This document shows positions 12,403 to 25,000 of a DNA stretch of 64,000 nucleotides, piece after piece. The first letter of the stretch is position 1, and every line of letters starts with the position of its first letter. A program made the position numbers and the translations under genes. Source of the stretch: Balanoglossus misakiensis (Eukaryota; Animalia; Hemichordata). The stretch is taken from assembly GCA_040954595.2 (NCBI GenBank), contig CM082582.2, forward strand, positions 10,345,483-10,409,482, read 5' to 3'. The notes under the pieces are model-generated. The model was not told where the DNA came from, did not search any database, and worked only from the letters and a program-made list of their open reading frames with translations.

Positions 12403-15400
12403 CTAATGACATCCCAGACAGTTGCAGCTCTGGATGTAGTCGTACTGGTACTCCACTGTCGAATTGTCGCTACAGCTGAGAGAGACCGACCGCTTCTCGG
12501 AGACCAACGGCTGACAACACCGACAGTCGATGTCGATGCTGTGCGAGTCTGTAGAATACATCGAGGTGGACGCACATCGGCCTTCGCACAGCGGGACTTC
12601 CACAGGCTGGTCGCTGACGCAACCGTCAACTTCTAAAACGATGTCCGTGGCCACCAGTTTGCACTGACCAGCTGGAGAGGCTGTTGGCGGGAAAAAGGAC
12701 AGAAAATGTCAAATAAGCATTTCTATGAATTTGACAATTGGTGTGAGCCTCTTAGTTCAAAAACGGAGAATTTGGAAAATTATGACGGTCTATGTGGTCT
12801 ATAATTGTGAGCTATGACTTACCTGCACAATACTGGCAGCAACCACTACTGTCATTCTTCAAAATATACTCCTGAATAGACAAAATGAATGAAACACAGC
12901 GATCAATATTCATTTTTATCGCAAAAACAATATGAATGAAAAAAAAAACAACCCAAGTGCACTTCTGTTTATAGTATTGACCACACAAATTATCGTATAA
13001 GTTGTAAATTTAGCATAACAACAAGAAAACTCAACTTACTGGATAAGGACATCCAGCCGGTTCTATTGGCGGACATGATGTGTAGTAGGGATAGATTCTT
13101 GGAATGCCACTGTCCAGTTTACACTCGTAATAATCACAAGGATTGTTGGGGTTCAGCAGCACCCACGTGTCATCGATCTGAAGAAGAGGAAGTGGATTGT
13201 CATTAGAATCTTAAAAGCACAGTGATGGTGAAACCATTTGTTTATATCCAAACTTTTCTATTGTTTTACTTGTATGATATGACATCAGGCAGTAAACTTC
13301 ATTCAAGACTTTAGAGAGAATGTCAACCATTGATCCATGTGTTCCACTTGGCCACAGTGATAAACACAGCCACACCCTCACAGCAAACCTGGGCCTCAAT
13401 TACTCACCTCATGTCTGCCTTGTTCGTCCACACACCATCTCTTTTCACATCTTCCACAACACACACCTTCAGCTGGGTCGATGTACTCAGAATCCTACGA
13501 AAGACAAACAAATAAACTGTGAACAATTCAAGTTGCGTGACAGGATTGAACAGTTCAGCCTGTTGTTTTTATTCAACAGGAAATTAACAGGCAGGCAGCA
13601 ATGAGAAAGAAATACATGAAATTTCGTTAAAAAATTTCAGATGGTTCGATGATGAAAACTTGCATGGTGCAAACCACATAAGTGTACCTGAGAACCCCAA
13701 ATCCAAAATGTGATTTTTCTCATTTTCTCTTATCTCTGTGATAATAAAGTAGAGACAGCCCAAAATATCTGAAATGTAACTTGCACTGTTTCAGAGACCA
13801 GTATCTTACCTCCTCACAATCTTCAGCAGAATTCACAGAGCACATCTGAACTTGACACTCAATTTTATAGAAGTCGCCACCAAGTTCTTTTTCCTCTGTA
13901 CATTCACAGGTTCTGCATGAGTTGTTTCCTTGCAGGCCAATAGTTCCCGGCTGTGCGTGGAAGACAAAACAACCTGGATTAAACTAGCAAGTTTAAGGAA
14001 TTCAAGAAACAAAATATCTGAAAATACCTATAATAGTAAAATCACAGTTCATGTGTCTTTCTGTATGGGGTTGCTTACCTGTACTTCTTCAATTTGATTG
14101 GTGGAGGTGTTGTTCCACAGACACACTTCCTTTGGAACTGAAAAAGTAAAAACATATTTCTTTCAGATATTGATGGGTGAAAATGTAATCATTGCACTGG
14201 GTCAACCAGTGGCAAGACAGGACAAAACAAACAATATGATAAAAATATATTGAACAGAGAGATTGAAATCTGAAGTTACAACAACATCACTGCGAGACTT
14301 ACCACATTTGATTTCTGAACATGAGCAGCCATCATTGGACTGGATTATCTCAGTCTTGTAACCCTGGCAACCAAGAACGAATAGGGTTATTTTATCGGAT
14401 CAAAAGACTAGCAACAGACAGGCTGAATTTCTTGTATACATGATATTCAGGTAGTTACATTGCTTAGTATGTGTTTACAACCAACTTTTGAAAGGTTCAA
14501 AATTGCAAACACATAATTGTGTTGCATATATCCTAGCCACCATTTTTGAAAATTATTGATGGCTTTGATTATGAGTCACTTATGGTATTCTGAACAGAAA
14601 ACTGCAGCAATGGTCAAATATTTCAAAGTGTCAACTTACAATTGGACAGTCAATGTCTTCAACAGCTGGACAATCACAAACTGAGAAAAGAAAAGAAAAA
14701 ACAGATGAAGACAAGTCGCCATGACAATTTATTTGATATTTTAATGAAACAAATAACATTATGCAAACAAAGTTTACAGACAACACCAACACAAGATGGC
14801 CAGTCCAAAATCTTGATGAGCTTTGTCAAATACAATAAAAGAACTTCAACTCACCACACTCAAATTCCGGACAGCAGGCGAGCAGACTTTCCGGTGTCTG
14901 CTGTTTGACAGTGTTGGGCGGACAGACGAGATTATCAGCAGGACAATTTGCTACATTGCATTCTGAAATACACAAAATATTTATAAAGTGAGATACCGTA
15001 AATATGGTCAAAGATCACTGGTACTGGTGAAGAACTTTCATCTGAATTGATGATAGCACATACACACAGGGCAAAAGTAAAGATAGCTGAATAGTATTTC
15101 ATCTACTTACCACATCTGTATTTCTCACAGCAATCCTCTGGACTCTCCTTGTAAATTTCCACTGTCTCAAATGGATAGCAGGTCGGTACGGGCTCAACTT
15201 GACACGGTTTACAGACTGCAATGAGGTAGTTTTAGTGAACATATTAATAGATGCTATCAAAATCAAAACTAGGCATTTTGCATGAGGCTTGATATCAGAA
15301 AATGCCAAAGTTCGCCCAAAATGCCACAAATATTATTGCTGTGGTTTCTTACTTCTGTGAGTACACCAATATTTAGAATGTCTTCCTTTCCACTTTAATG

Positions 15401-16086
15401 TCAAATATACATGTAGAATAGTCAAACAAGACAAAAACAAAACACATTGGATACTCACCACACTCCTGTACATTACAGCATTCATTTAGACTTCGGTTCA
15501 TCAAAGTTTGGTCTTCATTGCACACTGGTGTTGGTGCCTGTGTCTCATCGGGACAGTTGGATAGGTTGCACACTATTAAATGATACAAAAACAATAATAA
15601 GGATCTCACAGATTAAAACCTTATTACAAGGATCAAAAACAGAAAGGCTGATTTTGATTGGCTCATTTCAGATCTACAAAGGAACTCTTGTCAAGTTAAA
15701 ACCAATACAAATCAGTCTTATATAAAAGCTATGATGCTTACCGCATTCATAGGTAGGACAGCAGACTTCATCTTCGTTGAGAGCTTTGAGGATTTTAGGG
15801 TATGGACACGGCCATGGAAGCGAACACTCGGTAACACTTGTGATGATGATACCACCAGAAGTGCACATGTGATTGACACAGGGACCATCATTCCATTCGT
15901 CTCCGACCTGTAAAATATGAATGACAACCCTTTCAGATTCTGAATCACGTGACCATATAAACACATATTGTATTTGGGAGTCCAAGTTGTGCATTGAACT
16001 GATAGAATTCTCTTGCTTGAAGAAAAGACAAGGCAAAGTAAATGTACATACCTCATGGATCATTCCATTGTCATCAATACAGTGGT
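12403..16086 (-). CDS. Mucin C-terminal VWC-like repeats and cystine knot (last exon 12403-12680)
   Basis: Small exons with CC-x-x-Y/F-x-C patterns. Terminal CTCK: QCKLV...[20 protein letters not shown]...CRCCQP...LSCSDNS...[10 protein letters not shown]. Confidence 0.88.
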
Positions 16087-19000
16087 CTGAAAATTGAACA
16101 GAAAAATTCTCATTATTTTCTTTTCATTTCACAAAATGGTGAGCTCAAGTACATACTTTCCTAATCTCAGCTGTAGATTCTACACTAGTAGAAACATATA
16201 TGATGCTACGAGTATTTCTTCATTCAATTTTAACATTCCACCACAAGCTGTACATGACTGACAGCAAAACAGTACATATACCAAGAGGAATTAGTTTTCA
16301 TTACCAAAAGAAAATCAGAAACTTTGCATTCTCAACACGATACCTCAAGCAATTATATCTAACTTAGTGAAAGAGTTTGAGCCCAAAGTTGTTGCCTTAC
16401 CACAAGATGGCACACAATATCCCGTCTCATTCTCCATCATTCCCGGCAGACAGAAACATCCCTCCACTTGCGGCATGTCACAGACCATCGTGTTGTAGAC
16501 CTCATGGTTGTCACAGTTCTCGGTGCAACCTCTGTGGCAGGGCTCGAAGATTTTACCTTCGGGACACACGGGGAGAGCTGTGGAAAATGAAACGACAGAG
16601 GGAATGTTATCTTCATATATTTATCATTTGCTTTCATGAAAATAGAATATCTTAGTTTGTCTTCCTTCTTGATGTAAACCTGGCCATTCTAAATATTCTC
16701 ACATTTTACACCGAATTTATATCACACATGAGGGTGTTCACCAAATATGCTGCTGAACTGAAAAGACTGCTTGCTGTCAACATCTGTATAGAAAAGTTGA
16801 CACACTCACCACATGAAAGCTCATCTCTCCACTCCAGGCAGACACCCTGTCGCGAACAGTCCTTGGCGTACGAGGCCAGAACATCACAGGCGTTGCCTTT
16901 GCAAGCCGCGTCCAACAAACAGGCCTGGTAATAAGGTTCCGGATCCACGTACATGTTGCATTCCTCGAACACGCCGTTATACAGGGCTGCAAAGCACAAG
17001 GCCCGGGCATGGCTGATGTTCTCCGTGGCACACGGAGGCTCCACGCTCGTGCAGGTTTCATTTTCGCGCCGTACGAGCCAGCTGAATGCAAAATCATCGG
17101 TGTTGTCGGTAACCGTGCCGTCGTCTTTGGTGAAGTCGTCCCTCGGGTTGAAGTTGCAGGGACCTGTGATGAACAGGCATGGAACAAAATTAGAGAAGTC
17201 CCACTTTAATATGCTGCCAAGTCAATAATAAATGTACCATGACAAAGAAAAATTTCCACTACAGATTTTCGACGTCAAATTCAAGACTATAGACAGCTAT
17301 AAGGTACTCACCACAGAGACCTTCAGTTTGATTGTAGTATTTGTTACTCGGAACAGAAATACTGAAGCCGTCATTGAAGTCATCATAAGTCACAATCAGG
17401 TTGATTTCAGGGACAGTCAGGTAGAGGATCCAACTGCCGAACAACTCCACCTTGATTCCACCCACAGTGATTTTTGGAGGCAGCTTGTGAGTGACTCCGT
17501 TGGCAACAACCTGAAAGATGGATTAGAAGGGATCTATGTAATACACTGGGCTTAACAATTGGCATGTGCACATACATGTACACATGATTAAAATGCTACT
17601 AAACACAGATACTATGAGAGAACTACCACAGTGCCCGACAGTCTCAAGAGCCGAAAGTAAAAATGGCTGCACCTTTTGTCCTCTGTGGAGTTCCACCTCA
17701 TCGCCATGGTAACGGACAGTCACAGAGGCAGTACAGGTGGTGGGAGGTGCCCACACACATTCTTCATTGTGGACCAAAACTTCAAAGTCTTGACGTGGCG
17801 ATGTGTCCCTGGCCGCGACATAGGAACAGTTGCCTTGGAACGGGAAGTAGGAACCGTCAAACGTCACGTAGTGAGGATCACCGTAGCCATAGCAATAACC
17901 TGTGACCAGAGGAAAGAAAGATGTTGAATGGATTGAATAAACTCTATATCAATACATAGTTATTATATAAGTAAAAGTGTACATGGTGATATCAGAAAGC
18001 CTCACAAAAGTCTTGAGTGTTACTGGGTTTGTGCAGTGTTATCAATTTCACAAAGACACTTACATTCTTGACAGTCGTCGATTTCAACACACACGTCGCC
18101 TTTCTTGACCATATTTGGTGGGCACACGCAGCCAGATGTGCACTCGGTTTCACATTCAGATACAGGCAGCCCTTCACTGGAGCAGGTCCACTCACAGCTG
18201 CTGGCACAGTCGCGCCATATCATCGGAGCTTCGCATCGCGGTGGTGCTGTACGACAGAACAAACATTAAGAAATGCCACTGACAGTGTTGGTGGGAAGTG
18301 GTTAATTTTCTCATTGTTTTGCATATTTCAAGTCGGCTTGGACCACCTAGGTAGCACAAACTATTCCTGTTAGAGAGAGAGAGTATACTTGAAATGAAGA
18401 AACAGTCATTTTCACCCCATACACGTTTATCCGGCTAAATATTGCAGGAGTCACAACTTACGACAAAATTCCGGCGTTCTCCATTCCAGTATCACCCCTG
18501 CTTCACTGTTGCCGCATTCCTTGGTGTAGAGAGCCAAAGCATCGCAGACACATTCATCCGAGATATCTCCATCCGCACTGCTCAGTAAGCAGTCACAGAC
18601 GTGGCTCTGACACAGATTGACGTAATACTCCACGTCAACGTGTTGATGGCAGGCAGCAAATTTATTTGATCTGAAAAAGTGCAAAAAAAATAAATTCTTT
18701 CTATTCTGACACTGTGTCACATTCTACCAAACTCAGCTAAAGAAATACACGTAGCCTAGGACAATTCAACTGAAATTCAACTGACGCAAGACATTCTAGT
18801 ACACAATCTTTTATCTGCAGGGTCTCAGAAAATAACACCCTGATTATTCTGCCATGCAGGCTCCTTTCAAACTCACCTCAAGATTTCACACTGTTGCTGA
18901 GCTGACTGTGCAAGATCCGGATGCGCGGCAAGACACATTTCTTTCTCCTCGCACTCTTCCTGGGAACCCCAACTGTCACCGAAGTCCTTCTCGTTCTCGG

Positions 19001-22000
19001 CCAACGAGCCGTTGGGTGTCCTGAAGTCGTCGTGACTACTGTTGCTAGGCACGCCACACATTCCTTGCACCATGTTTGTCAGCTGACTGCCCACCTGAAC
19101 GCGGACCACCTCCATGTCCGACCAGTAGATGACGAGGCTGAAGTTGGTTCGGATGATGACCTCTGAGCCGACCTTGGAGATTCTGACGCCGGTGTTCGCC
19201 GATAGCACGTTGCTGACTTGGGGTAGCTGGGAGACTTGAACCTTTTGGTTGTTGACGAGGATGGTGAAATTCTTCCTCAGCACAATCTCCAGGCCATTCA
19301 TTTGGAATTGTAGGTATTTGTCACAGACCGTGTCAGAGCTCGCACTACTGGAGCAGTTCTTCTTTACTGTGTGGCAAAGTTGAAACAGAAACTTAACTGA
19401 AGTTTTCTCATTTCAAAATCACAACAGCAAGATAAACATTATCATAACACATTGAAGGAGTTCCTTGCATGCATGAAAAACATGAAGAAACTAAAGAGAT
19501 GTCCATCAGCCCAGTATCAGTCAGCCATACCAAACAAAATGAAGTTTACATTTCAATTACTTTTCAGCTATGATAAATTATGCATCTTTCAACTTGTGAA
19601 AATATGCCTAACTTGGTCTTTGTTTAAATCACAGGAAACACCAGGTTTGAGAATACATGCATTAAAAAATTATAACCCACATAGATGCACAAGAACATCC
19701 AACACACAATAGCAAACATTTATTTACCTCTGACTTCAAAATCTGTGTTATAACTTGGTGTATTCATTGCCAGGATGTGGTCGCAGATCTCGTACATGTA
19801 TTCCTGTGTATCGAACGTTCTGAAGGTGTCGAAGTACATGTAGCATGTCTTGGTGCAAGCTGATGCGTTGCAGGACAGCTCGCCATCCAATCCACAGGTG
19901 CAGATTCTGCAGCCGTTCTCTGTGTAGGTCTCACCGACAGCCAGAACTTTGCCGTTGGGGCCTTCACAGTCTGAAAAACATACAAGCAGAGAGCTGTAAA
20001 TATTTTTATCATTTTAAAATTTTATGTAAGTTGGGAAACACATTTTTCAAGACTTTATCAAGAAATTTCTTTCATTTTCCATGGTTTTCAGAGTGTCCAA
20101 ACGGAAGATAGATAATTTTGTCAAAGTGATAGTAGAAAGGACTAAACACGTACATTGTGGTGGTGATGTTGGTGTTGTTACGTTACAGTTCATCTCGTCC
20201 TCCCCTTGCGGGCAGTCGGGAAAACCGTCGCACTGAAACACTGGAAACACACACTGCTCATCACAGCTCGAGGTTGCGGAATTGTAGCACTGGAACATGT
20301 CGGAGGGACACCGGCATTCGCACCGGCAGCACTCTCCGTCCGGATGCACCAGCCGCTCGCCGGGGGCGCACTCCTGTATCTCGCAGTGTCTCTGACAGCT
20401 GACGTTGCCGTTGAAACACGTGCAGGACTCGCACCGGCTGTTGACAAAGTGGGACGAGTGGAGCCTGCCCTCGTACAGGCACGGACAGTCGACGGGGTCA
20501 ACGCACTTCTCGCCATCGCACTGCTTGCCCGGCGGACAGAACTCGGGACATCGTGTGGCGTTCATCACGTCCGTGCACACTTCCAACTGTGGTGGTGCGG
20601 TGGTCCCTGCCGAAGTTGGGGCAGTGGGAGTCTGAGTACCAACAGGAAAAGCTGTCGTCTGGTTCTGTTCTTTGACTTCCTCAGTTGTTGGAGCAAGAGT
20701 GGTGGTGATGCCAGTAGTTATTGGCATGCCTGATGTTACCGTGGGAACAGCCGTTGATCCAGGCAGACAACCATCAGTCGTCTTGTTGACGCACTGAATG
20801 GAGTCACTGAAGCAGAGACATGTACGACATGGACCATCGTCCCATCTTGAGCCAGGCTGAAAAATAAAAAACAGACAGAAATTTTTCAAAAATTATCACT
20901 CTTATTGAAAAGGCATGCTCATTATACCGGACTTGGATATAATTCCCAACAGAAGGCCTGAAAGGACTTCGCAAAAGATTGCGAAAACAGCGGTGAAACT
21001 TACTGCAACTATCTGTTGAGTGTCTTGCCTCAAACAGAGACAGTCGTTCGGAGTCCCACACTTCCAGTGGCCGTTGACCTGCCAGATTCTGCTGTTGTTT
21101 CCGGGACAGAAACCATCTGGTGGCAGTGGACCATCCGGCAAACAGGCACTGATCAGTGTGTCCGGATCTCGGCATTCCGGTATCGTCTGTTGCATAAACT
21201 GGCAGAGTTGGTCGCAACGGAAGGCGTTGGGTATGTACCGCTCTCCAGGGCCACAAATTGCTGTTTAGCAAAGAAAATAAAAAAATAGTGATTTGCATTT
21301 TTTTCCTCCCAACTGTCTTTTTCTGAAAATACTTTCAAAATATAATATGGAAAATAATGATATTTGATAACTCTGTTATCAAATTGGTAACTATGGAGTA
21401 TCATGAAAAGTGCTGATAAACTCACGTGTTGTTGTGGACATGGCCGGGGTGGTGGTGACTCTTGGAGTGGTCGTTGCCATAGTTGTGATCTGAGTTGTCT
21501 GTGGTGAAGTGGTCGGTGCAGCACAGATACACTGGAACCTCACTTCGTAGTTGTAGCACCGAATGGCGTTCTGACTGTTGACACATTTCAGACCGCGGCG
21601 GCTGCAGGGCACCTCGAAGCTCTGATTCGTCCGGGCTGCGTCAGTGTACGGAGTACCGCTGACCCTGCAACTGACGTCAATGATTTCTTCGGCGGCGCAG
21701 AAGCTGTAATGTCGGCGAAGTTGCTCAACCAGCTCGCTGTCCCCACTCCCAGTCGACGGGGAGTCGGCGTTCATCCACTCGGTCCATCCATCGACGCACA
21801 GCACTGGTTTAGTGGGAGTGTAACCAGTAGTTGGAATGGAGGTGGTTGCTGTTGTCGTTGGTGCCGGTGGTGTGGCTGTTGTCTGGAGAGTTGTCACTCC
21901 CTCTGAGGTTGTCTTCACAGTGGTTGTTCCCAGTGAGAACGTAACCACTTCTGTGACGTTTCCTTCGGGAGTGGTGGTGACTGTCGTGACAGCCCCCTCT

Positions 22001-25000
22001 GGTGTGGTGGTCTTGACAGTGGTCACCCCTTCGCTGGTTGTCGTCTTCTCTGTGGTGGTACCTTCAAATTCTGTCGTACGAGAGACAGTGGTGAAACCAC
22101 TAGGAGTCACCGTTCTGGTTGTAACAGTTCCAGATGGAGTGGTACTTTCTATTACAGTGGTTCCCTCAGGTGTCGTAGTTTTCACTGTTGTTATTCCAGA
22201 TGATGAAGTCGTCGACACGGTTGTTGGCTGTTCTTCTGGAGTTGTAGGTCTTGTCGGTGCAGCTGTAGTTTCACCAATACCAGTTGAGGTAGTTTGTCCC
22301 ATTGTGGTAGTAGAGGGTGTTGTACTTGTAACAGCTGTGGCAGAAAGAAAAATAGAATATTAACTTGCAATATTGCAAACCTTTATTTGATTCAGGCAGG
22401 TTCGTTTTAATCATGCTATACCAATTCTCCTGTCAAACATTTCAAACATTTTATGATTTTTTTTGTTTTGGCAAGATTATAACAGGGTCAAAAGTTGGTT
22501 TCAGCTTGCTTACCGCAGAGACAGTAGACACTGATTTCATAATCCAAACACAGTTGGCCCTGGCCTTGCCTGCTGTTCTCACACACCAACCCATCGTAGA
22601 TGGTACAGATGACATCTTGTTGGGATAAAGAGCTGTCGACCCCTGATCCCTTCACCCTGCAAGAGATATTCTTGATCTCGTCCTGTCGACAGAATTGGTA
22701 GCCTTTCCTCAGTGACACAAAGTCTTCAATGTCTCCTTCATTATCTCCGGCCGTCGGAGTGTCCAGACTCATCCAGTCTGACCAGCCGTCTTGTTCACAC
22801 ACAGGCAGGTATGGTGTCACTGGGCCTGTTGTCGAAATGCTGGGCGTTGGGGCTGTTGTACCTTCAGTGGGTCCAGCTGTTTCTTGCTCTCTGGTAGTTA
22901 TCTCTGGTTTACCAGTTGGTAATGTAGTTGTGACATTCTCTTCTTTTGGACTGGTGGTATATTCTGGCCCAGTGGTAGTTATCTCTGGTTTACCAGTCGG
23001 TAATGTAGTTGTGACATTCTCTTCCTTTGGACTGGTGGTATATTCTGGACCAGTGGTAGTTATCTCTGGTTTACCAGTCGGTAATGTAGTTGTGACATTC
23101 TCTTCCTTTGGACTGGTGGTATATTCTGGCCCAGTGGTAGTTATCTCTGGTTTACCAGTCGGTAATGTGGTTGTGACATTCTCTTCCTTTGGACTGGTGG
23201 TATATTCTGGCCCAGTGGTAGTTATCTCTGGTTTACCAGTCGGTAATGTAGTTGTGACATTCTCTTCCTTTGGACTGGTGGTATATTCTGGCCCAGTGGT
23301 AGTTATCTCTGGTTTACCAGTCGGTAATGTAGTTGTCACATTCTCTTCCTTTGGACTGGTGGTATATTCTGGCCCAGTGGTAGTTATCTCTGGTTTACCA
23401 GTTGGTAATGTGGTTGTGACATTCTCTTCCTTTGGACTGGTGGTATATTCTGGCCCAGTGGTAGTTATCTCTGGTTTACCAGTTGGTAATGTGGTTGTGA
23501 CATTCTCTTCCTTTGGACTGGTGGTATATTCTGGCCCTGTGGTAGTTATCTCTGGTTTACCAGTTGGTAATGTGGTTGTGACATTCTCTTCCTTTGGACT
23601 GGTGGTATATTCCGGCCCAGTGGTAGTTATCTCTGGTTTACCAGTTGGTAATGTAGTTGTCACATTCTCTTCCTTTGGACTGGTGGTATATTCCGGCCTA
23701 GTGGTAGTTATCTCTGGTTTACCAGTTGGTAATGTGGTTGTGACATTCTCTTCCTTTGGACTGGTGGTATATTCTGGCCCAGTGGTAGTTATCTCTGGTT
23801 TACCAGTTGGTAATGTGGTTGTGACATTCTCTTCCTTTGGACTGGTGGTATATTCTGGCCCAGTGGTAGTTATCTCTGGTTTACCAGTTGGTAATGTGGT
23901 TGTGACATTCTCTTCCTTTGGACTGGTAGTCACCTCTACCGATGGTGTTACTGATTGAGTTGTGATGGGTACAGTTGTCTTCATTTTTGTGACTGTTGTA
24001 GTTTCTGTAACAGTTGTCGTCGTTATCACAGTTTCCGTGGTCATCACTGAAACAAATAAAGAATGTTACAGTTTGGGTCATACTGAAATGTTCCGTGAAA
24101 ATGGCAAATGAGTAATACACAGTTTACATATTGCCTGTCACATGGCAAGTCTTACCTGGTGATGTTGGCGCCTCGCATATACAATAAACACGCACTTCAT
24201 AGTTGTAACAGCGAGGAATTGGCCGTTGATTCCTGTGGATGCACACCAAACCATGGTTGATGTCGCAGGTTACACCCCTTTGACCAGCTTCGTCATACGA
24301 CCTGTTGCTGTTGACGACGCGACACTGGATGTCCACCGGTTGCTCGCAGAAGACGAAGTACTTTCTCAGGTTGGGGAAGGTTTCGTACTCTCCGTCGAGC
24401 TGCATGCTCGGGTAGGTGACGTCCATCCACGGCCCCCAGCCGTGAAAGTTACACTCTGGCGCTCGTGTGCCGAGAGTTGTTGGTGCCTGTGTGGTGGTTG
24501 TCGCAGGGGTCGTAGCTGGTTGGGCAGTGGTAGTGGCAGGCTTAGTGCTGACTGCTTCGGTGGTTGCTTCCGGGCCCTCGGTGGTCACGGGTGGCAGTGG
24601 TGTTGACGTGGTTGCTGGACCAACACTCGAAGTTGTTGGCACTTCAGTCAGAACCTCTGTCACCACACCCGTCGGCAAAGCGGTGGTCTGGTTCTCCTTT
24701 TCCGCTCCTGTGGTCGCTTCTCCAGGGAATGTCGTCGCTTCCAGTTTTGTAGTTGTCGACGATGTGGTGTACGAGGTTGTCTCTGTCACTGAGGTCGGTG
24801 GCTGTGCGGTAACTGTTTAAAGAATTCAAACACTCATCTTAGATAGCAGCAAAGAAAATAGCAATCATTACCATTCATTGAATTGAGATATACCTCACCA
24901 CATGACAACTGGTAAACAGATTTTAGATGTTGACTTACCTCCACAGCTTCCGCAATCAAATCTCACCATGTAGTCTTCGCACATCAGGTCGTCCTGATCA

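Noticed and set aside
22891-23931. Regular repeat array resembling a CRISPR array
   Set aside because: Units are contiguous with no unique spacers, lie in frame within a eukaryotic exon, and no cas genes are present.
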